Positions 53,001 to 63,610 of a stretch of 64,000 nucleotides of DNA are shown piece after piece. Both the position numbers and the translations under genes were made by a program. Location: assembly GCA_012295275.1 (NCBI GenBank), contig CM022671.1, forward strand, positions 744,001 through 808,000, in the 5' to 3' direction. Each line of letters opens with the position of its first letter. Position 1 is the stretch's first letter. The DNA is from Chrysomallon squamiferum. Its lineage: Eukaryota; Animalia; Mollusca. Below the pieces are notes generated by a model that did not search any database, had not been told where the DNA came from, and saw only the letters and a list, made by a program, of their open reading frames with translations.

Positions 53001-56000
53001 ATCTGTATAAAATTAAATAAATTGCATAAATTAAAATATAACAGAATTCTCTGTATTTAGAACTCTATTCAGATGATGATGTTTGACTCAAAGATGTGAT
53101 TGGATGCAGGCTCAGTCTTAACAGACTCTGTTATTGGATTATTTCCCAATACGGCCATTGCTCCATTGCATCAGCTGTTCTTTTGTTTTCCTTCTAGTTT
53201 GTAATATGTCTCATAATCATGGATCAAAAATGCCACTAAATAAAAATCTTCTTTTCATGATTTTTTTTTTTTTTTTATCTAGGTTTCTGATAACAAATAA
53301 AATTAGATAAACTTTTGTTTTCAGGTGATGATATACTTGATAGATCATGTTCTTCCTGAGAGTTACTTCACTAACAATCTTCGTGCCTTATCAGTGGACA
53401 TGGCTGTTTTCAGAGATCTGCTGGAGATAACTCTGCCAACTCTGTCACATCATCTTCATCATCTGCAACATGCTGCACAAGATGTCACCACAGGGGCCTG
53501 CTACGAGCCTCCCCTCACCAACGTCTTCACGATGCAGTGGTTTCTGACACTGTTTGCAACATGTCTGCCAAAGAACATTGTGCTGCGTGTGTGGGATTCT
53601 ATATTTTTAGAAGGTTCCGAGGTTTTGCTTCGCACAGCACTCACCATCTGGGGAAAACTGTCCAAGTAAGTCTTATAGTGTTTCATACTGAGTCTGTGTT
53701 TCATACTGAGTCTGTGTTTAACACTCAGTCTGTGTTTAACACTCAGTCTGTGTTTAATACTCAGTCTGTTTATTACTCAGTCTGTGTTTTATACTCAGTC
53801 TGTGTTTAATACTCAGTCTGTGTTTAATACTCAGTCTGTGTTTAATACTCAGTCTGTGTTTAATACTCAGTCTGTGTTTATACTCAGTCTGTGTTTAATA
53901 CTCAGTCTGTGTTTAATACTCAGTCTGTGTTTAATACTCAGTCTGTGTTTAACACTCAGTCTGTGTTTATTACTCAGTCTGTGTTTATTACTCAGTCTGT
54001 GTTTCATACTCAGTCTGTGTTTAACACTGAGTCTGTGTTTTATACTCAGTCTGTGTTTATTACTCAGTCTGTGTTTAATACTCAGTCTGTGTTTATTACT
54101 CAGTCTGTGTTTAATACTCAGTCTGTGTTTAATACTCAGTCTGTGTTTAATACTCAGTCTGTGTTTAATACTCAGTCTGTGTTTAATACTCAGTCTGTGT
54201 TTCATACTGAGTCTGTGTTTCATACTCAGTCTGTGTTTAATACTCAGTCTGTGTTTATTACTCAGTCTGTGTTTAATACTCAGTCTGTGTTTAATACTCA
54301 GTCTGTGTTTAATTCTCAGTCTGTGTTTATTACTCAGTCTGTGTTTAATACTCAGTCTGTGTTTATTACTCAGTCTGTGTTTAATACTCAGTCTGTGTTT
54401 AATACTCAGTCTGTGTTTAATAGTCTGTGTTTAGTCTGTGTTTAATACTCAGTCTGTGTTTATACTCAGTCTGTGTTTAATACTCAGTCTGTGTTTAATG
54501 TGAGTGTGTTTAATACTCAGTCTGTGTTTAATACTCAGTCTGTGTTTAATACTCAGTCTGTGTTTAATACTCAGTCTGTGTTTATTACTCAGTCTGTGTT
54601 TAATACTCAGTCTGTGTTTAACACTGAGTCTGTGTTTAACACTCAGTCTGTGTTTAATACTCAGTCTGTGTTTAATGTGAGTCTGTGTTTAATACTCAGT
54701 CTGTGTTTAATACTCAGTCTGTGTTTATTACTCAGTCTGTGTTTAATACTCAGTCTGTGTTTATTACTCAGTCTGTGTTTAATACTCAGTCTGTGTTTAA
54801 CACTGAGTCTGTGTTTAACACTCAGTCTGTGTTTAATACTCAGTCTGTGTTTCATACTCAGTCTGTGTTTAATACTCAGTCTGTGTTTAATTCTCAGTCT
54901 GTGTTTATTACTCAGTCTGTGTTTAATACTCAGTCTGTGTTTATTACTCAGTCTGTGTTTAATACTCAGTCTGTGTTTAATACTCAGTCTGTGTTTAATA
55001 CTCAGTCTGTGTTTAATACTCAGTCTGTGTTTAATACTCAGTCTGTGTTTATTACTCAGTCTGTGTTTAATACTCAGTCTGTGTTTAATGTGAGTCTGTG
55101 TTTAATACTCAGTCTGTGTTTAATACTCAGTCTGTGTTTATTACTCAGTCTGTGTTTAATACTCAGTCTGTGTTTATTACTCAGTCTGTGTTTAATACTC
55201 AGTCTGTGTTTAACACTGAGTCTGTGTTTAACACTCAGTCTGTGTTTAATACTCAGTCTGTGTTTCATACTCAGTCTGTGTTTATTACTTCATGGATGTG
55301 TCTGTGTTTATTTAGTCATTATCTAATGAGTCTGTGTTTAATAAGAGTCTTTTTCATAAAGTCTGTGTTTAATTATATCAGTCTGTGTTTCATACTGAGT
55401 CTGTGTTTAATACTGAGTCTGTGTTTAATACTCAGTCTGTGTTTCATACTCAGTCTGTGTTTATTACTCAGTCTGTGATTAATACTCAGTCTGTGATACT
55501 TGCTTCATGGATGTGTCAGTATATTTAGCATTATCTAATGCAATAAGAGTATTTTAATAAAGTTAATTAATTATATCAATTTCTGAGTGTGTGTGTGTGT
55601 TTGAGTGTGTGTATGTGAGTGTGTGTATCTAGTTATTTAATGATGTGTTTTAGTGTACAGGAAAGGTTTATGCGAGTGTTTTAGTGTACAGGAAAGGTTT
55701 ATGTGAGTGTTTTAGTGTACAGGAAAGGTTTATGCGAGTGTTTTAGTGTACAGGAAAGGTTTATGTGAGTGTTTTAGAGTACAGGAAAGGTTTCTGTTGC
55801 AGGAGGATCATGGCAGTGGCCAGTGCTGATGAGTTTTACACTCTGATGGGGGATCTGTCTGCTGAGATGATGGATGGACGCATGTTCAATGGAGATTCTG
55901 TTATCAAGGTAACTTAAACATGTCTCTTAAATACATCATTTAAATAAAACACTGGCTGAAAACATTAGTTAAATAGTGTATTCAGCTGGATAAAGGAAGA

Positions 56001-59000
56001 ATACAGAGTTGGAAACAAGGCTTGTTATGTAAAAGATGCAGTGTTGATTACACAGTGGACACACAAACTGTTTATATTACATAATGATTTTAAAAACATT
56101 ATTTGTTACATATGTTGAAATTATTAGTTACATTACATAAACTGTGTCAGTACTTGAAGCAAATGTGACTGGCTTAAACAGTGTTTCTTGAATATATAAT
56201 TTCTTTTTAATTTTCTAAATAATATATAAGTGTAATGAAATGTGTGCTAGGGACATCTGTAAGAATGTATAGTTTGAATACCAGAATATTTGTGAGTGGA
56301 GCAAATAGTGCCCAAGGAAAAAGTAGGAAATTGTATAAGACATTGAACTTGCATAAAGAGCATTAAACATATTTTTATTTCTGTTTATATAATAATGTTA
56401 GCTGTTTGTTTACCATGTTTCTAATTGATTTAATATTAGTAATTCTAGCTAACACGTGCTTGTAAAATAATGTAAAAAGTATTATTTATAATCAGATAAA
56501 TTATCTTTTTTCTCAAATCACTTGAATTACAGCATATTTATGTTTCTGTTAGATTTTAGAATTATTAAAAATGGAAAACAAGATTTACAACTCTGTAACT
56601 GCTTGACTGTCATGCAATCAGTTATCTCCCGTACAGTGTCTACAAAAAAAAAAGGTGTAATTTAATGATTTATAACTGTAATGTAGCAGCAACATCGTTA
56701 CACTTGATCAGAATTGAGCACATTACTATTTAATTCATGAACAAAATGCATTATGAACTCGACTGTTTTCATTTACAAATGTTGTTTAATAAAGCAGCAA
56801 AGATGAATACAGTTCATGTTGACAGCTGTTGTCACTTCGTGAGAGATCTGCAATGAAACGTGTTGCCATGGAATGACTAATTTGATTGTTGCACACCTCG
56901 GTGACCAGGCAGACCGTACAATATTGAACAACTCGCACAGTTTTTATATTTGTCAGCTCTGCTGCACCATTTGTATTTAATATCAGTGTGATTAGTGGAA
57001 CACGTTTTTGTTGTTCTCTTTTGCTATTCTTCCATTTCTTCATCTCAGTACATAATTAACAATGTTTGTTTACCTGCGTCTGCTATTTACTGATGTTATC
57101 ACAAAATACGATTAACTGTTTGTGATGATTCAGAATGTAAATTAAAAGCTGTATGGTTGGATTTCACATTTAAAGTATTCTAGTACAAGACATGTTTTAT
57201 ACACTTCAATGATTATTTTTATTCTGGATTCAGCCCCAGACACTACCAGATAGTAATATGTGTATAAAACAATTTGAGTTTCATAATGCTATAAGAAGGC
57301 AAAGAGTTTGACATTTTCATAATATATTACTGTGTTATTAGCAAGCTTTGGTGTCTAATATTCAACCCACTGAAATATGAAAAACATGTTTAGACTGTTC
57401 ATCACATAACTACTTCATTTTAATTAATCTGAAACTGGGTGAATGTCAATTTAAATTTAATCTTTTTTTTATGAATTTTAATTATTTGTTAATATCTTTA
57501 TTTATATCATAATTTTTTTTTAATTTTCAGTCCATATACTCATTGTCACCATTCCCGTTTCCACAAATCAAAGAACTGAGGGAGAAATACACATACAACA
57601 TTCGTCCGTTCACCAACACAGCTAGCTCCGGAAAGAAGTCATCGAGGTCGTCAAAGAACATTCTGTACAGCGACGAGGACGAGCTGGATGACGAGGACAT
57701 TGAAGCCATGACCTGCTTCCCAGGGTTTATTCCTCTCCAGATGAGAAGAGGTGTGTTTTAAACTTCACTTACATACAGTTAATTTGAAAAAAAAAATAAT
57801 GTGTTAATTTACCCAATAAATTATTAGATTAAAATTTGGTTAAACAAATTTGGTGAAATAATTATAATTAATAATTTCACTTGGTTGACTGGAGCATGTG
57901 GCAGCTCAAAGACAAACATTTTAGGTTTAAACATGGCCAGCCTGACAGGACTAGTTAAAACTTCACAATCCCACCACTCTCTGTGTGTGTGAAAAACCAG
58001 GGCACATGAGTTTCTCTGGCTGCATGAACATTTCCATCTGCTGACAAACAAGAGTAGCCACCCATGCATTGCCGCAGGTTGTCTTTCTCATTTCATTCCT
58101 TCAGCTAACACAAAACAATGGTCTTTACTGAGACGACTAGAGATATTTTTCACATCATCACAGAAAGGATTACAGTAAATAAATAAAAGTAACTGTCCTG
58201 ACACTGAGGTCAGAGTGACTTGTTCCTGATGCTATGTTGTAAAACCGAACTGACTGTTCAGCAATCTGACGAGACTGAGAAACAGTCTGACATCTAACAC
58301 CTGTTACACCTGCACACATTATTACTTCATTACACTGTGGAGGTAGGTATGTTAAAACTGGATATTATGTATATTCTGAAGAAGCTGATAATACTGTGTA
58401 AGTTGCACACACATAGCACTGTATGTGTCTGTGTTTGTATACATGTATGTACAAATACTGCAATAGTCAATAATATTGTTTAAATTCACCATTATCATCA
58501 CATCATGTATAATTTAATATGTCAAACACTCTACATCAAATTATCTTTGTTAATATATAGTTGCATTTTATTTTCACAATTTGTAAATGTTCAAGTTACT
58601 CTGTTAATTATAATAAACAATTTTTAAATGTTATCAATGATATTACCACCATTTTAACATGTTCACCATTATGTTTACATTTATTTTACTATGTTTATGA
58701 TTATAAAGTATGGAAAAGGTGCTGTATAAATCTGGTATAATAAATAAACATCTCCTTTGCATGCTAATATTTACAAATATGTTACTATACAGTAATGTTA
58801 GATTCATAAGTGATAAAATATTGTAAAAGTTAATAATTTTGAAAATATATAAATTAGCACTGAACACTTTAAATATGTGTAAATAAGTTGTGAATATTGT
58901 AAATACAAAGACATATTTTGAAGTCATACATTTAAACACAGTGGGATTGCCAAAACTTGTGTTTCCTTGTAAAAAATCAGATAATTCAAACATAAAATCC

Positions 59001-62000
59001 TGATACAATTTCCACATATTTATAGCAGTTTTAATAGAATGTGGTTTGTTTACACACATGAATGTGAAATCCATTTGTTAGCTCATCTGTTTAAAAATGC
59101 AGCTTTCAGTTCACACCTGACGACAGGTTTATTCATTACTCTAACAGAACACATTTACCAGTCCATGTTTAAAACATGAACATCAACCACTGAGCTGTTG
59201 TGTCACGTGAAAATAAATGACTTGCAGTGAAACGTGAACGTCAGCTTCGTCCATTGTTTTATCTCCAGGTGGCGATGGTGAAGGTGCTACTGGCTCTGCG
59301 GCTGATATTTCAGTGTTGGGTCCTGGTGTGTACGGAGCAGTGTCAGATGGGGTGACATCGGCACAGTCACAAGCAGTGTACATGGAGCGAATGTCAACCG
59401 ACATCACCGCTCTTCAGAAACAATACGAGAAACTACGACAACGGCAGACGCAGGCTCATATCATCATTTCAGGTTTGTGAAGATTTATCTGTCTTTAAAT
59501 ACTGCTGTTGTTGATGTTGCTGTAATTTACTGTTATTGTATTTTGTTACTGTAGTTATTATTGATCATTTTAAGGAAAAAAACTCTAATTTCATTTTTGA
59601 TGAACGTGGATTCAATATAAGTAAATCAAGGTGATTGAACACAGAAGCATGAGGTGGTAAATGTTAACATTAATGATTAAGTAAGAGTTGATAAATCTCC
59701 ATTCTAATATTATGATGAGATGCTCAAAGGTGAAGCTATTATCAATTAGTAAAAAAAACAACGTAAGGTAGAATGAACCTATTTTATTGTGAGGATAATC
59801 TTAAAATACCACACCAACAAATAATAAATTAATATTGGCATCTGCAGAACTCATCAGATTTCATTAATATATAAAAAATAATAAATAAATAAAATTTAAG
59901 TGCTGTTTGAAAAATAAGAAGAAATAATAAAAAATAAAAATTTCATAAATTTATTGAACCCTTCATTCCAAAAACATATAAAATAAAACAGATATCTTTT
60001 TTTTCTAACTTTTTTTTTTTTTGTTGTAATTTGGGTTAAACCAGCTTTTGTTACAAAACATAATAAGCTACAGTATTGATTTTCATTTTATAATTTATAT
60101 ACTGGAATGCTGTTGGATGTTAGTATCTATGCACAATCATATACGAGTGAATGGATAGCAAGTCCTATGTATGAAATATAAAATAATTAAATGGCACAAA
60201 TAAATAACATCATTTTCAAATTAATTTTGTCAATATGATTATCTGAATACAACAAAATAATATTATGTTAAAATAAAGCATTCATGAAAAGATCAAACTT
60301 AAGGCTAAGTGCATCTCATTATATATATATATATATATACATAAATAAAAAAATGATATTTACATGCCTTTCATAACTGAGAGATGTTTCACCAATGATT
60401 ATCTCTAAACTGACTAGTTGGTCAAGTGAACATTTTTGACAGGACATAAGAGAATTATTTTTCTTTTCTTTAATGGTTAAAAAAAAAAAAAAAAGCATCG
60501 AAAATGGAATAAACTGGGTTTTTAAAATTTTTTAAACAAAATTGAAGTAAAAACTTACCGTTGCTCTTCTTTTTATCCATTTTCAATATCAGCTTTAATT
60601 TGAAATTAATTGCAAACAAAACTTTTGTAAATATTTTTCTCAATTTTGTTTTTGAACTACAGCTGCGACCGCTCGCACAGTGATCCAGAAACCAAAGGCG
60701 AAAGCTCTTGTACCAAAAATAGAAACTCCACTTGCAATGAACCATCTGTTTGTTGGGAAGCATTATTCTGGTGGTCGCAACCGCCTCATCGCAGAGGGTC
60801 CAAGAATTGTGTCGACGTTTCCACGAAGTTCCCACTTCACCAAACACTTGCAGGCTCTGGACAGAGCAAGCTCAAAGCTGAACAAAAACAGAGCAAGCAG
60901 CTTTAAACCATCAGTGAAGAGCAAAACAAACAGTGACCCAGAGACTGACAAAGATGTGGTAGAGAAGAGAGAATCCGAGGATGTTAACAAAGAGAAAGAA
61001 CCACAAGAGAGTCCCACATCTGGAAAACCTCAGGATGTTCAGGAAACCCCGGACAAAACAGGACTGAGTGAATCACAGGATAAGTCAGGATTGAGAGAAT
61101 CACAGGATAAAACAGGACTGAGTGAATCACAGGATAAAACAGGACTGGGTGAATCAGAGGATAAGTCAGGACTGGGTGAATCACAGGATAAAACAGGACT
61201 GGGTGAATCACAGGATAAAACAGGACTGGGTGAATCACAGGATACATCAACACTGAAAGGATCCGACATGGATTCTGAATCAAGACAAATGGCAGATTGT
61301 TCTGTGATAAACTTGAAAGATATTCACAAAGCTGAATGTTGCAATTCAGTACATCTGGTAGTTTGTGAAAATAGTAAGGAAAGTTCAGAATCAAGCAGAG
61401 ATTCACTGTGTGATACTTGTGGCAATGAGATAAGCTGTGAAAAGTCAAACAGTGGTGAAAAGGAACAGAAAAACATCTCAAAAACTACAGAAGACAATAA
61501 AACTGACCAGCTTTTGTCCTCACCATCAGCTCAACAAAATGATTCCAACTCCAACTCTTGTGCAATACTTGACAAAAACAGTGCATCACTGGTCAATGAG
61601 TCTGTGGAAAGAATTCCTTGCTTGGAGGAAAGTGATTCCATTGTTCTCAGTTCAAACAAAGAAGTTTCTGAAGAAACAACACAGACAGAAAAGAGGAAAG
61701 TGTCAAAGTTTGGTCCCGATGTTCCACAAGGAAGAAGTTTTGACTCAGACTATGAACCTAGTCCAAGCCCTAGTCCACGATGGACTATGAGTGTTTCTAA
61801 CACTGAAAAGAATGATTCAAAGATGATTACCAAATTTGTTTACATTGCCAGCAAACAGTCTAACAACCGCAACAACATTGGTTCACCTTTGTCTTCTACT
61901 GCAACCAGTCCCACCTCACCTAAGATGCTGTCTCCTACCAAATCCAACAAGCCCTTTTATCCATTTCCTGTGAAACATGTGAACCGCAACCGAGCCAAGA

Positions 62001-62107
62001 ATGGTCTCAAGCTTGGTCTGTACGACCCATCAACTGTGCAGCTTGCAGACTCTTCTAAACCCAAGCAGGGAAACAGCTTCTTCAAGCCAAGGAATGGCTT
62101 GTCCTGA
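15418..62107 (+). CDS. TBC1D30: TBC1 domain family member 30 (Rab GTPase-activating protein), 10 coding exons, 1107 aa
   Basis: Exons 15418-15814, 24611-24775, 46557-46690, 50768-50893, 52131-52316, 53325-53665, 55803-55908, 57531-57750, 59269-59472, 60663-62107, summing to 3324 nt with compatible phases. TBC catalytic motifs IVKDLHR and GYCQGFN are present. Family-typical segments include FTFNERSNPDDD, YEPPLTNVFTMQWFLTLFATCLP, PFPFPQIKELREKYTYNI, MERMSTDI, and C-terminal PFYPFP...AKNGLKLGLY. Confidence 0.95.
17425..17468. repeat. (CT)n microsatellite
   Basis: Direct reading of the sequence. Confidence 0.95.
17480..17765 (+). mobile_element. Degenerate, near full-length SINE (mollusc tRNA-derived type)
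   Basis: Core ctgggaaggtgacatataaaagattcattactgctaatcagtaaaagag and tail tgccatataa...aaacattcctttc resemble the conserved central domain of mollusc SINEs as I recall it. Confidence 0.6.
17785..17993. repeat. (GT)n with degenerate GT/GC/AT compound microsatellite
   Basis: Direct reading; it is the source of the CVCV and HTHT ORFs. Confidence 0.95.
24611..24775 (+). CDS. TBC1D30: TBC1D30 coding exon 2
   Basis: VVQLKKMVSDLQRSIGQSSHRLVRQLKRRDRRIAKLHRNCDVVTAILQASSLKR; phase 1-1. Confidence 0.92.
24945..25465. repeat. Two adjacent AT-rich minisatellites (tatacatacatatatttgtctaaata-based, then 24-28 bp tatgtatgtatatagaatacaca-based)
   Basis: Direct reading; the first array spans about 24945-25120 and the second about 25183-25465. 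Confidence 0.9.
25928..25983. repeat. (GT)n microsatellite
   Basis: Direct reading of the sequence. Confidence 0.93.
28452..28592. repeat. 36-bp tandem repeat x4 (ccacagtgaccacaacctcattaaaaaccacttgaa)
   Basis: Four copies, one with a 2-bp deletion. Confidence 0.95.
29732..32153. repeat. 55-57 bp minisatellite, about 43 copies
   Basis: Unit ttactttaacacacaaatacattcagtaaacactaacagtacagt(a/g)t(g/a)tgtgttag(g/a), nearly invariant. Confidence 0.98.
33908..34996. repeat. 38-bp minisatellite, about 28 copies
   Basis: Unit atacttcatacaccatcagacagctacagctctgtgtt. Confidence 0.98.
37680..37880 (+). mobile_element. Degenerate SINE remnant (best-preserved core)
   Basis: acaggatcaatcctc...tttatcaaagtctgtggtatgtgctttcctgtctgtgggtatgtacat...ttgctgctgactgacaaagagtggcc. 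Confidence 0.65.
40829..40925 (+). CDS. TBC1D30: Candidate alternative first coding exon of TBC1D30 (short isoform)
   Basis: agcATG then MKLDNMFGFLNKNFVTNSNSGMCQDAAGAKKK, and G|gtgatt phase-1 donor, in frame with exon 46557; preceded by about 1 kb of non-repetitive promoter/UTR-like sequence. Confidence 0.55.
41229..41317. repeat. 42-bp tandem duplication
   Basis: aacacaatcacattaaaaacaacacaaagacacataaagaac x2. Confidence 0.9.
42049..45140. repeat. 60-68 bp minisatellite, roughly 45-50 copies
   Basis: Constant caggaatacaggtttgtaagactggaacatacagtgactgtatcttagtg followed by a variable GT-rich linker. Confidence 0.98.
46557..46690 (+). CDS. TBC1D30: TBC1D30 coding exon 3
   Basis: IDTRMKFSIEPPSCLGENAFDQWKDAMRAVARLPLGIPSEFRKK; phase 1-0. 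Confidence 0.95.
46986..47113. repeat. (CA)n followed by (TG)n microsatellites
   Basis: CA run at 46986-47014 and TG run at 47057-47113. Confidence 0.9.
48385..48605 (+). mobile_element. Highly degenerate SINE remnant
   Basis: ggttacaagttcaatcc...tttatcaaagatgg...gtctttggaaaagttcatgtaaaggattttttactg follows the same motif order as the other copies. Confidence 0.4.
50408..50494. repeat. 20-bp tandem repeat x4 (ctgacactagctgacagtgt)
   Basis: Direct reading, with degenerate copies on the flanks. Confidence 0.92.
50768..50893 (+). CDS. TBC1D30: TBC1D30 coding exon 4
   Basis: VWLSLADNHISELKVDWEKTVRFTFNERSNPDDDKLGLQIVK; phase 0-0. Confidence 0.95.
52131..52316 (+). CDS. TBC1D30: TBC1D30 coding exon 5 (Arg and Gln fingers)
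   Basis: DLHRTGC...VLKRVLLAYARWNKRVGYCQGFNVIAALLLDVMNRKEDDALK; phase 0-0. Confidence 0.96.
53325..53665 (+). CDS. TBC1D30: TBC1D30 coding exon 6
   Basis: VMIYLIDHVLPESYFTNNLRALSVDMAVFRDLL...IWGKLS; donor gtaagt, phase 0-2. Confidence 0.96.
53678..55495. repeat. 18-bp minisatellite, about 100 copies (tactcagtctgtgtttaa)
   Basis: Direct reading; it is the source of the FNTQSV, LILSLC and KHRLSI ORFs. Confidence 0.98.
55645..55793. repeat. 31-bp tandem repeat x5 abutting the exon 7 acceptor
   Basis: gtgttttagtgtacaggaaaggtttatg(c/t)ga starting at 55645, 55676, 55707, 55738 and 55769. Confidence 0.95.
55803..55908 (+). CDS. TBC1D30: TBC1D30 coding exon 7
   Basis: RIMAVASADEFYTLMGDLSAEMMDGRMFNGDSVIK; phase 2-0. 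Confidence 0.92.
57531..57750 (+). CDS. TBC1D30: TBC1D30 coding exon 8
   Basis: SIYSLSPFPFPQIKELREKYTYNIRPF...YSDEDELDDED...QMRR; phase 0-1. Confidence 0.92.
59269..59472 (+). CDS. TBC1D30: TBC1D30 coding exon 9
   Basis: GGDGEGATGSAADISVLGPGVY...YMERMSTDITALQKQYEKLRQRQTQAHIIIS; phase 1-1. Confidence 0.9.
60663..62107 (+). CDS. TBC1D30: TBC1D30 last coding exon
   Basis: Extends ORF 60680..62107 to the tacag acceptor at 60662; AMNHLFVGK and PFYPFPVKHVNRNRAKNGLKLGLY; TGA at 62105-62107. Confidence 0.92.
61052..61240 (+). repeat. Coding 27-bp tandem repeat x7 (DK[T/S]GL[S/R/G]ES[Q/E])
   Basis: Seven in-frame 9-aa units in the last TBC1D30 exon. Confidence 0.95.
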
Positions 62108-63353
62108 AACAGATGAATTCCATGGTGCTTGTGTCGTTGACTCCATAGTCCATTCAATGTGAAAGAAGATAACAGAATAAAGACAAAGAAATGGCTAATT
62201 CCACAGCTTAACATTATTAATCATTTATCTTCTGATCATCATACCAAAGAATAATGATTTAAAGAATGCCCAGGAAATTTGGTTTTCAGGAATGATTAAT
62301 AAAAGAATGCTTGCTATAGACTGACTGTCTCGAAAGATATTAAACAGTTACAATCATCACTAGAACATGTATATACCAGCATTTATTTTTTTATTTAAAT
62401 AACCATTTCATTATTAAGAGATTTTGTATTATAATGTCAGACCTGTCTCTTAATGAAATAGCATTAACACTTTAAGTCTTAGAAATAAGAAATGTGCCTA
62501 TTTAATTCTCTTGTCAAACATTCAGAAAGCTGTTGGTGAAGTGATACATGGTAGACAGATGTATTGTTACAGCTTGGACCCATCTAATCTGGCAACACTG
62601 GAACCAGACATCTTTTGCTGAACCTGTGAAGCTTAGGGTTAAAAAAAAAAAAAAAAATGAAACTGTACTTTATTACTGATATTGATTCAATTTACACAGG
62701 CATAAACCTAGTACAGGCATAATGGACTTCTGTATAAATTAACATTCCTAGTTTTTTTCAGTATTTATCCCTTCTGTAACACTTATTTACATTTTGCTGT
62801 GTTACCATCACTTGCTGGTTGCTTATGAAGCATATATAATGTGAAAATACCAGTAAAGAAAAGTAATATTTGTACCTCTGTAGCTGCATTAACCACTTCA
62901 AGTCAACTGTTGCAGATATAAATAATCTGGGATCACAGCTGGACCAGGGGCAGTTCTGCAGATCAGTGATCACCAGATTCTAATCAGTGACCCAGACCAG
63001 TGAAACTCCCAGTCTAGTGATTGCCAGGTTAGTGACTGCCAGGATAGTGGTCCAAGCTGTGTTATGTTTGTTAAAGGTTTTGTTAAAGGTTTGCAATGGT
63101 ACAGAAATCCAATTTACCTCATTTTATTAATTTTGCTCACTTTTAATGGTGTATGATTTGAATTCCATATCATTGTTTTGTGTATTAATTTTGGGGTCTT
63201 ATTCAGTAGCAATAATAACTATGGTTTGAAAAAAAAAAAAAAAAAAAAGGATATTATACAACATTTGTTTGTAAATATGTGGTGTTTAGTAATCAGTATT
63301 ACTTTGTTACTAGGTATACTTTTTTTGTTTCTTCCTTTATATCTCTTCATAAT

Positions 63354-63452
63354 GTGAGAGTGTGTGTGTGTGTGTGAGTGAGTGTGTGTGTGTGAGTGAG
63401 TGTGTGTGAGAGTGTGTGTGAGAGAGAGAGAGAGGGGAAAAAAAAGAGAGAG
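63354..63452. repeat. Compound (GT)n/(GA)n microsatellite
   Basis: Direct reading of the sequence. Confidence 0.92.
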
Positions 63453-63456
63453 AAAG

Positions 63457-63610
63457 AATAGTAAGGAAACCATCGGAATCAAGCAGAGATTCACTGTGTG
63501 GTACTTGTGGCAATGAGATAAGCTGTGAAAAGTTAAACAGTGGTGACAAGGAACTGGGAAACATCATGAAAATTTCAGAGGCAATAAAATTGCTTTCTTC
63601 CTCTTCACAA
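63457..63610 (+). pseudogene. Diverged duplicate of part of the last TBC1D30 coding exon (source about 61370-61520)
   Basis: gaatcaagcagagattcactgtgtg(a/g)tacttgtggcaatgagataagctgtgaaaagt(c/t)aaacagtggtga(a/c)aaggaac is shared with 61388-61467; similarity decays downstream with indels. Confidence 0.85.

Noticed and set aside
53784-55478. FNTQSV, LILSLC and KHRLSI repeat ORFs
   Set aside because: They are translations of an 18-bp intronic minisatellite that is open in several frames.
59228-59268. Upstream alternative acceptor (cttgcag at 59227) for exon 9
   Set aside because: It adds 41 nt and breaks the frame; the acceptor at 59268 fits.
61052-61240. Similarity between the coding 27-bp repeat and the intronic 60-68 bp satellite (shared aagtcagga)
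   Set aside because: Only about 9 nt are shared, too little to claim common origin.
62105-62116. TGA stop of TBC1D30 as possible selenocysteine or readthrough site
   Set aside because: A second in-frame TGA follows after two codons, and I recognised no SECIS element.
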